Assembly (NCBI RefSeq): GCF_964204645.1
Contig: NC_134025.1
Location: 11,408,001 to 11,472,000, forward strand
DNA: 64,000 nucleotides
Origin: Tubulanus polymorphus
Lineage: Eukaryota > Animalia > Nemertea
Reading direction: 5' to 3'
Numbering within the stretch: the first letter of the stretch is position 1; each line of letters opens with the position of its first letter. The notes under the pieces were generated by a model. The model searched no databases, was not told the origin of the DNA, and saw nothing but the letters and a program-made list of their open reading frames with translations. This document shows positions 37,336-64,000 of this stretch, one piece after another. A program made the translations under genes and the position numbers.

Positions 37336-38257
37336 AATCAGTTAGGTTTCGCGGGAAAAAATCGGTTGCGTATAAGCGGCACGTAGCGGTTCGCAGCATC
37401 TATCCCCTCAGAATCCATCCATGTAGATTCCAGCCTTTCGCTTCAGTAATTCAAAGTGTGCATTTCGCTATTCTAACTTGTCCATACTACATTCCAGCGT
37501 TTTTGCGCGTTTTCTTTTATGTGTAAGCTTTAAAATGTGGTGCATTTCTGTCAATATCTGTTATCTATAGTAAAACCAAAGATTTTTATTCTCAATCGAA
37601 AAATTGTTAAGTATTATTTTGAAAAGAATATGTATAGCGTACGATGTTTATAGTCTGTCATCTTGGTTATTGCATTTTAATATGTAAAGTGTAGTATATA
37701 GAGTATGTAGACAATATTGATCGATTGTAGAGACGCCATTAGCAGAACACCTTTTTACGTGAATCATCGTTTTATATCATGTATTGTAAACAATCGTTTT
37801 CTTTATTTCTTTATTTTGTTGTATATTTCTCCCGAATCTCTGAACTCATTGATCGGGCTGTGAGAGCGAAAAAAAACCTGTCCAACCATTCACCGATAAA
37901 AAACTACATTTTCGACTTCGAAAATGTCGGTCGACAGCTACAGGTTCAAACGCTATCAAGTTCGAATTCCAGTGAGCCCATTTGCACAGTCATGGCTTTA
38001 ACCAGTTTTAGACCATCTTGCAGTCCAAAAGCTAATCTAACAACTTGATACCAAGTCTCCATTATCTAAAACCACATTTGGAATTGAGTCGTGACTGTGC
38101 GACTGCGGGGCCTTAAATACTAACAATTAGCAATATCGCTCGTTGTCCTATAGAAAAATGGTTACGTTTGAGATGTTTTTACACAGTAGCAATATCTTAT
38201 GACGTATTTGATTAACTGTAGATATATACATAATTAATGTAACTGCTATTCATTATA

Positions 38258-38263
38258 AATAAA
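38258..38263 (+). terminator. Candidate polyadenylation signal of the Ly6 gene
   Basis: AATAAA followed by a GT/T-rich tract. Confidence 0.5.
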
Positions 38264-38857
38264 ACATGTATATATATAATCAATTCATTTGTGTTGAATT
38301 TTTTGTTCATTGCATAACATTATTGATCATAGCTTCTCTATCATCTCACGAGTAGTAACCTAATCGACCATGGATCGTTGGAGTTAACGCGCACAGAAAA
38401 CAATTAACATACCGGTATTTATGTAGATTGACTCGTCAAAATTCAGGCCCGTGGCGTGTTGTTCGTTAATTTAACCCGAACTAGAGAGGTTAAGGGCCCT
38501 CCCCAAGAAAAACTTGTAAGTTTATTGCTTAGATACGGCCTCCGAGTGATTTCCGTCGAAATAACGATGGTCTAAGCAAATAAACAAATTTGATTGGGGC
38601 CCTTTTCGCAGAACGATTTTCCGTTGCAATAGTCGCGATCGACAGCACGATCGGATTTTACAATAAGCTCCTCATCCCTCCGATATCAAGAGCTTGCATC
38701 CCGTGATTTTATCACCAGCTTTAACAATTATTAACGAGTCTAGCCGGTATACTGCCTGGGCTGATTCTAGATCAGTTATGAATATAAATGTCGAAATAAA
38801 CAATCGAGAACATTATGAAATCAACGCAAATATCAGATTGATTAGATTCGAGTTCTA

Positions 38858-39043
38858 CAGTGGAACCTCGTTATAACAAACTTGAATACAACGATTTATC
38901 TTATTTAATAAATATAGAATTTCGTCCAAAGTATGAAAATTAAGAGAATTTCGCCCCCCCCCCTCCAAAAAAAAACGATATCTATTAATTACATAACGAA
39001 CATATTGTCTGGTCCCGTGAAGTTCGTTAACGAGGTTCCACTG
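38858..39043. mobile_element. Second copy of the CAGTGGAACCTCGTTA MITE (opposite orientation)
   Basis: Same TIRs and TA TSD. Partial copies at ~14297-14395 and ~40225-40348. Confidence 0.85.
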
Positions 39044-39199
39044 TATGATTCATCTTACACAGATATTGCGCATGTTCTCCCTTAGCACCGAACTTATTCA
39101 ATCTTGACACTACACATCTTCATCTTCAGATAATTTGACAGCAAATTTCACCCCAGGAATAAGAGACTTTGAAGAGAACTCAAGTTACCACGAAAACAT

Positions 39200-39205
39200 T
39201 TTATT
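39200..39205 (-). terminator. Candidate polyadenylation signal of the B56 gene
   Basis: AATAAA on the minus strand at the end of a ~3 kb U-rich UTR-like tract. Confidence 0.45.
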
Positions 39206-40005
39206 TACATCTGGAAGGGACCTACATGGGGCCATGTTAAATACAGCAAAATAAAATCACATAACAATAATTGGTCTCTTCGCAATACGAATGTTTTTTA
39301 CAGCCTCAAATACGGCCAAATGATGATTATCATAATACGATATATATACATATACCGTAATATACATTTAAGATGAATTTTTCATGATATAATTTAACGC
39401 ATTTCGCCACAGAGGGCAGTTGAAGATTTTACCTGTTGCCACAACGGAATCGGAGGGGGCTCAATTCTACAAATATGAGCGACCGTCAACCGTCCCGTCC
39501 AAGCCATATGTTCATCTTCATTCATTAAAATCAAAACTAGATTAAAAGATGATGAAAAAAACTCCAAAAAGAGGAAAAATGAATATCAGTCGTGTGCATA
39601 TGTTTTCAATGTTAAAACTCAATATGAGGACATGATGAGGAAAATTATACAGGCTTCTTGTTTATTGATCAGTGACATCACCTCTCTTTCATATGCAAAT
39701 TTATGTTTAGATTTATCACTAGTTCAGGACCCGGTGGTTCCGCAGTTGTGAGTTAGCGTTAAACCGCTGAGTTCATTTCTAAAAGTTTATCAACTCTCTG
39801 AAGTTATACTTCAACCCAGAGAGAATGGTGTCTAGAGCGATGGCCAAATACTAACATGTGTCTATACGGTAGATACCATGTTAACACTATCAATTCCATT
39901 ATAACAATGCTGTTGTTGCTCAAAGGTTGGTTAGTTAAACCAGTGGATATACAGCGGAACTTAGTTGCAACGAACTTCAGAGAACCAGAAAATCTATCCA
40001 TCATT

Positions 40006-40224
40006 TGGCAAACAATTTTGATACTTTGTTTCTCCGCTCTGCTGAGCTTAAAAGTTGACCCGGCCAGCCGCCTATCTATCATGTACATTACTTATTTGAA
40101 ATCGTTATCAATTTTACCATAACAGACCCGGCAGCTGTAGAAATGAACTGATTACAAAAGTTGTTATATCTAACAAAAATGACCCGGCCGCTGCAGAGAA
40201 AAAAGGTATCGTTTATGTTTAGCC
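40006..40224. mobile_element. Copy of the CCGGCCG Harbinger-like MITE
   Basis: Colinear with 5223-5452. Confidence 0.65.
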
Positions 40225-42195
40225 TTATAACCGATAGTTCGTTATATCCATTATGAAAGTAACAGGTATCGTTGTATTTGGGACGAAATTCTAGGTTTGT
40301 TATAACCGATAAATCGTTATACCGAGGTTGTTAGACGCTCCACCGTATACCACAGTAATGATGCAATCTTCATCGTAAGCTGTTGAACAACTGGCCCCTG
40401 ATCAACAACATAACGCTCTCCGGTCTCGCAAAGGTTCCAAATTGCATTTAGAGAAAAAAATCATAGGGTTCCAGACATGAAATGATTTTCGGCATCTACA
40501 CTCGATAGCACCTATACAGGATTTTCTAGAACAAAACATTTGTGGATTCAACTTCAACAGTTTGACTTGGCATTCAATATGACTAGGCTAGCATCATCAG
40601 GATTCTGTGTGCAGTTGACCTTAGTCCAGTCTAGAAAATCCAGCATTCTACGACGCGTATCAGAATCGTATAGCGTAGACGCCAACTACAATTTCACATT
40701 TTCTGCATTGTGGCTTCCCAAGCAAAGATCACTTTTTAAACCAGATTTAAAATCGCAGTCATGTTACACACACATACATGCAAACACATGCACGCACACT
40801 GCACACTGGTCATATATCAACGTAAGACTTCTTTGTTCGATTGCGTAAAATAACCCCCCCCTCCTGTAAATACTCCACAGCGCTGTACTCAATAAGGGCT
40901 GATAAAACCGGTCGCGTTTTTCTAAATTCTAGGCCCATCACCGAGGTCCGGACTTAAAAAAAATAATAACCTACTATTACTCTCAAATGAATATCGCGCC
41001 CCGACACCGGAACTCTAGTTTACATTTATACGCATATTTGCCCCGGAAATAATGGTAAGTAATTTTCATTATGACAAAAAATTCGTTGAAAAATACACTT
41101 ACAGTCAGTGTGTAGCAGGCTTTTTGACTGGTGTAATCCGATGTATTCGGTTGTAAATATTTTCGAGCCAAATTCATGGATCTTTATCTCTCAGCGGAGA
41201 CTTTAGATCACGATTTCGATTTCAACGGATCAGGACCAGCCGCAGGAGAATTAAAGCTATTTCAGACTCGTGTCTCTCTGAACTGTGGATCCAGCCCTTA
41301 CGAATCGACGACGAAGATTTCATCGAAATTCTTTTTTTAAATATAAATCAGCTTCTATTATCGTTTTCCCCTTGCATTCGAAGACTGCACTTTATACAGC
41401 ATTCGCAAGTACGAATAAATCGTTATTCGTTTTAATCGAAGTCTTATCGACTTCGCGGCGCGTAACCGAAACACCATCGCGCGATTTCTCGACGATCGCG
41501 GAAAATTAACGACAGTTAACGAAGATGACATTCAACGGTGAATATAGTTACAATCAATTTTTTTTTGTCTTCTATATAAGAATCTGTGACACTATCTCTT
41601 TTTAAATATACAACTATGATGACAAATAATCCGTATCGATCGATACTCAATAATCAATAATTCCGACAATATTATCACATTTCAACATCCGCAGTAGGGG
41701 ACTCTGATGACTAATAATAAATATTATGATATTTTTGTTTCCATGCACACAAAAATTAAGAAGTGCAGAGTCGTCGCTGTGTGTATTACATTCATTTATG
41801 CGACCGTACACAGCTATCGAACCTCGACCCGGACCCGACCCTCGGACATTCGACGTCGTAATCAATATTTTGTAAAATCATTCAGATTGTTCAGGCAACA
41901 CGCATGCGTTTAATAGAACTAGATATTTTTGAACATTGAAAATTAAAACTAAAATGAATCGACGCCGGTTCCACAGTTGTGAGTTTGAGTTAACTCTGAG
42001 TTGAAATCATTTTCAATGTTTTAACTCTGGAGTCAAATTTAACTCAGAACTGTGGAACTGGATCCTGATGGCTAAGTCTTGACGATAATTATTCGAAAAG
42101 CGTGGCGATAGTCCTCGTCGATTGTTCGATGACGGTCGGGTACGGCGGTCAGCAGATCGACAGTCGCGCCGAGTACAACAACAACAGCTGCGTCA

Positions 42196-58833
<16,638 letters not shown>

Positions 58834-59848
58834 TTCTACACTACTATCTTTCATTGGAATATCGATCGGGCGTCCACCAGTCGGGGCAGGACGTACACTA
58901 TAGCTAGCAGTGGATTGTGACAACGTTAGTAGAAGCGAATAACATCTAAAACAAGAAGTCCATTTGTATATTTGTGTGGTAAATGTAAAGGCGAAGCACC
59001 AGTGCGGAAATTACCGAGCGAAGAGTGTTGATTAGGTCACATGATCATACATGTATTAATACAGTGCTCGAAATCCACACGACATCAGTATTAAACGACA
59101 ATCTGCGCAGTTCGAATCAAATTCAATTCAAACTAAATTGATTTGCCTTTCCATGACACCGCACCGGGCTGAAGAAGTGGGTGATGCACATACCCCACTA
59201 CCCATACATCCCAAAATTGCTTATGGGTTAACTTGTTGTCTAGTTTCATATAATTTCACTAACTTGCTGGTGCCACTATTTTTCAAGTTTAAGACAATTT
59301 ATTTCATAGAAAAGTTATCAACAGCAGGGCCCGGTTTGAAAGTAGTTATAATTTAGATATGGGAAGATAGAAGTTCTAATCGTTAGTCGGGTAAGCTTTT
59401 GTAATCGGATGGGCTTATACCATTGTGGTTTGTGAAAATATCCGATCGTGAAACTAACGACCACACTGACAGATTACTGGTTAATGGTAGGAGTAAATGG
59501 AGCAGAATTGACAATTTCTGAAACATTGGCAGCGTTCCTTACGGGTCATAAAATACCCCTGAATTCAGGAAGTCGAAATTTAAGGGGAAAAAGGCTGAAT
59601 TTCCTTCAAGTCTCCATAACCCCCATAAATTCCGAAAATTTCATCCGTAATATCTTGCTCAATTTGTGTTAATGCGAACCTGAGCTTATTGACCAGGAAC
59701 ACAATAGTCACATGGGTACCACTGAAATTGGACACATGTTTATAAAAGTTTGTGTCTCTATCATTGTTTTGTGTTTGCAGTGAAGTGGGAACTAATTACA
59801 TCCTTTTATTATGAATACAACGAGACCAACATCCTTTCATTATGGATC

Positions 59849-60299
59849 AGAATAACTTTTATTTAGTACCGATGCTCGAATCATAATCTATGTGTAGAAA
59901 CAGACAGATGGCGACGACCACAACCCAGTAACTTACGAGAATCGAACCTGCCCTATTTGTAATGATGATCAAATTGAAGATTTATACCACGTTTTACTAG
60001 TATGTCCCACATACGCTACACCCAGATCTCAATACATCCCTAGAAAGTATTTTGTACAACCGAACGCCAATAAATTCATAAATCTAATGGGCAAAACAAA
60101 TTATGTTCAAAACATCTTTAGATTTTTAAAAGATATACAAAAGCTTAGGACAACTCGATTAAATTTGATGTATAATGTTTTGTGTTATTTCGGATATTTT
60201 CGGACTGTAAATTGTTATTACCATCTTTTTAAATGTGTGATTGTATGTTATTTGTCAAAAGTTATCATTAACTGACAATAAAGTTTATGTATGTATTAT
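59849..60299 (+). mobile_element. Second LINE ORF2 C-terminal remnant of the same general type
   Basis: RITFI*YRCSNHNLCVETDRW, a frameshift, then RTCPICNDDQIEDLYHVLLVCPTY..R..YIP. Followed by AATAAA and a (tatg)n tail. Confidence 0.75.
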
Positions 60300-63200
60300 G
60301 TTGGCCTATTGTTATTGTACTCACAAAGACATATGTTCTATTCAATTTGTGATATGTAAATTTCTCCAGTAGTGGCAAAAGTAATTAAAAAGGCAATAGT
60401 TTGCTAATTTCTTAATTGGCTAGTTGGTTGAATAACTTTCATGTACATAAGTTGATAAACAGTTAAAAGCCGCGATCACCCGAAGACGATTTGGCCCGTG
60501 CCTAATTAGAGAGTGCATTCATGCGTAAACCATTCCCGGTCACTTCCGTAACTTTTAGCAATTCATACGCAACAATTTGGCCCCTGCTGTTCAGGCTGGC
60601 CCGTGCCAAACAGACGGAGGCCTATTTGGCACCTGTTTGAACAGTTGTTCCGGGCCGAAAAATTTCAAGATGACGTTAGGAAATAGTATTTTCAATGATA
60701 CGTGGTTTAAACTTTCACCATATTCAATATTTAATCTTCTTCTATAGATGCATGAAATCATTACTCTTCTGTTTCTATTTTCATGGAATTACGCTGTTAA
60801 TTTGTGTGTAGGGAGTGAGTGCCGTGGATGAAAATTACGCGGAACTGGACCCCTCAAATGTTTTTCAAAAATACCCTTTAATACCCTAAAATAACAATTC
60901 TGATTTTACAGATCGGTAAGAACCCTTATTGTGTTAGATGCTAAATCATAAATAAAGTTTTAAATATTTCTACTAACATTTTTTTTTCATTTTGAAAGCC
61001 CTCATCTGATCGATCGATTTTGACCTGAAACGATTTGATGTGTTCCTCACAAACCCATCGGTATCTGCAGAGCGAACGGAAAGAGGGGGTTTGATTTTTA
61101 AATCGGAAATCGAAGAACCGTACCGGTACAGATATAGTTCAGTGGATGGTCTTGTTGTTCAAATCTAAGTAGCCTACACACTTGGAAATTTCGGTCCCGG
61201 TTCGTGTAAGTGATGAACAATCTACATCGGTAAATGAATTTGCCTAATTCAAGAAAAATCACGAGATATGGAAATCCCTAAGTAAGGTTTAAAAAGGTCA
61301 TATCTCTCATTATTAGATTTGTGTAGAAGGCCTAGGCGTTTTCATTTTAAGTTCATCATCGGGGATTTAGTAAATATCAACAAATTAGAAAATATAATGT
61401 ACAAATATTTTTAGAAGTACCAGGACCAAGTCTGTGCCGAGCGTTGGTCCAGGTATTCTAGGCTCTCGGTGTTAATAGCGATTGTAAATTTTGCCTGTGA
61501 TAGAAATAATCATAAAATTGTACTGGACTGTCCCCAACGCGTTTCCGCAGAACCCGGCATATGCATGTTGCTAGAACGAATGAATAAACGAATAAACTTA
61601 ATTTCAATTTAGGCACTACCGCTACCTATGAAATCCAGCGGGTTTTAAGGCTAGCGATTTAAACCCAAGCTTAATATCAACATTGACCAACCATTACAAA
61701 ACAAAATGGTGGCTGGCCTGTCATCCATTAGATCGATCATCGACTCATGCAGTTATTAGGCAGGCGGCTGTTGTTTTCTATCGGCTGTGATAGATAAGCT
61801 TGTTTAGTGTCGACAAAACGGTAGGCTCAGTAACGATTTAATTATGTTCTGACATGTAATCATAATGTTGAAGAAAATATTAAATAAGAAAATCCAAACT
61901 CTGATTTGACACTGTGCCACAGTCTTTGGTGTGGTGACTGACTGACTGGTTGTGTTTCGACCGGTTGCTACCAAGCAATGCCGGTCCGTTGTATGTGAAC
62001 TGTTACACTGGATCAGGCTTATCCCTGTGTTGGAAAGCTAATGAAAAGTGCATGGGCCTGGGTATTAAATGTGTAGGTATCAAATGTAGCCCAAGGCAGA
62101 GAAAACACAAACTTGAAAGGCAAACAACAAAATTATAGGCCTTAAAGAAAACAAAAGTCTAAAAGAATATAAAAATCAAAACATAGGCTATCCCTAATTA
62201 TTAGTTGGATAGAATTTTTTTTCATTTCCAGAAATATATAGATATTTGTAGAAGTTTCTGGCAATAAGTTTCATGGAACAAATTTAGCCTATTGCCTAAA
62301 TAATGTAATTTGGTTTTTAGGTTTTCCTGGTACCTTCCGAGGAAATCCAAGGATAAATTGATTTAAATCTCAAAGAAAAATGCTGAAGTAATTAGAAAAT
62401 AATTTTTTTAAGCATTTTATTTTTCAACTGCTTTTTGCCATTTTCACAAACCTGAGTCATGTTAGGTAAGTGTACATCACTGTTCATTGGCTACGCGACC
62501 TTATGATTAGTTGTTAATACACTCAGGTCACATAAGATCCAATCCCGTCCGATCGGTGTAAGAAATAGAACACGTCCGATCAGCTTACGACTGGTCTGTG
62601 ATCAGTTTTAACAATCTTAAGTAGCCTAGGCCTACTCATGTTGCAAAGATTCCATAAGATCCGAAGATCAGGTCAGATTTTTTGCCACCTGCGTTAGGCT
62701 TTAGTTATCACCACGTTAATGTTGACACTAGTAGAAGTAGAAGGCTGTTAAGGATCAGTATCAACAGTTTGCCAAGCTTAGACTGACTACATTAAAATAA
62801 CAAAGGATGAATTCAAACGTCTTCGTTTTAACCTGTGCTGTGATCAAATAGATGCAGCGGATGCTCAGTGTACACGCGTGGCTATTCCCGAGTACTGACA
62901 AGCTACCGATCAAAGCACATAGGCCTAGGCTACATGATTTCTTCTTTGTCAAATCAAAGTTTCCTCATTAGCGTAGTTATCTCTGCTCGGCAAAGGTTTT
63001 GGGAGTACCCCCACTGTTAGGGGGAGGGGGTTCGATTTTTGGTACATACACGGTATGGGGGGCTGGGGGCGTGGATAGCAGAAAAAGTTAGTACCTCCAC
63101 TTTGGGGGTGTTTTGATTAATCTGTACTCTTTACGTAGTTAATGCCCCAAACTCAAATAGAAATAGCCTATTTCTGCTCTGCCATAAATGGAAAATTGAT

Positions 63201-63737
63201 GCTAACTACCGTACAAATTATTAAAAATATAAATATTTAGTTTATTCTTAATTGGGATCATCGTTTTATATGCCACACATGTAGTATGTATGCTCCTACA
63301 AATCCTTGTTATTATTGGTACCGTACATGTATTTTGTACGCGGTACAAAGAATTCAATATTTTTTTATATGGTACATAGCTGAACGGGGAATAATGAATT
63401 TGATACAATGGTGGGTACGTACATGGGAAGGGGGTCAGAAAATTGGGAGTTTTTGCAGTTCGTACTTTTTAAATGCGCCCTTTTGAGAAAATTAGATTAA
63501 CTCAAACTGATCTTAAACTTCCGGCTGCACCAGCAAAAACGAAATTGTTTCATCCCTTGTTGTTATAAGGCTGGCTTATGTCGACAAGCAACTCGACGCC
63601 TACCGATGCAACTGGGTTTATCGTCGGTCTGAGGCTGCCAGTTGCTCCATTTCATGGCAACCCGACGCCTACCGACTCATCACAAGCCGCATCTGGCTAG
63701 TTGGTATTCCACTATTCGGTCTCAGTTGTTGGAAATA

Positions 63738-63949
63738 AGCCGCGATCACACGGAGATGATTTGGCCAGCGCCTAATTTGGCCCGTGCCTAATTAGAGAGC
63801 GCGTTCACACGCAAACCATTCACTCGATACTAAACAATGCTCAAACAAAGCGAAGTGGATCATTTCCGGTACCAGTTGCAATTCAAACGCAATCATTTCT
63901 CTGGTGCTAAAATTTGGCTCGGGCCAAAAATGCTCGTGTGATCGCGGCT
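63738..63949. mobile_element. MITE with AGCCGCGATCACACG TIRs
   Basis: 15-bp TIRs, internal tttggcccgtgcc repeats, ata on both flanks; truncated second copy at ~60468-60660. Confidence 0.7.
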
Positions 63950-64000
63950 ATAGAAGTGCAGTTGACATAAGCTGGGCTGCAATCGCGGTTACTCCCGGTT

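Overview
AT-rich, intron-rich animal (invertebrate bilaterian) genomic DNA, not prokaryotic. Three spliced genes were rebuilt by hand from GT-AG exons with consistent phases. (1) A minus-strand TRERF1/ZNF541/MIDEAS-family C2H2 + ELM2-SANT corepressor: 15 coding exons, about 1520 aa, 29653->14066, possibly with a ~10 kb 3' UTR. (2) A plus-strand GPI-anchored Ly6/uPAR three-finger protein: 3 exons, 161 aa, 34560->36761. (3) A minus-strand PP2A B56 gamma/delta regulatory subunit: 16 exons, about 593 aa, 58833->42196. There is also an intronless 264-aa orphan ORF (995-1789). Non-coding DNA holds many MITEs, Helentron-like repeats, a Deu/Nin-type SINE, two LINE 3' remnants and (AT)n tracts. The most unusual signal is a set of small (~210-250 bp) fold-back elements at ~3.8 kb, ~19.4 kb and ~0.5 kb. 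Each has a minimal hammerhead ribozyme core in the loop and a short one-sided tail; two have clear 11-14 bp target-site duplications. They look like miniature non-autonomous Penelope-like retroelements. All calls come from reading the sequence; no searches were run.
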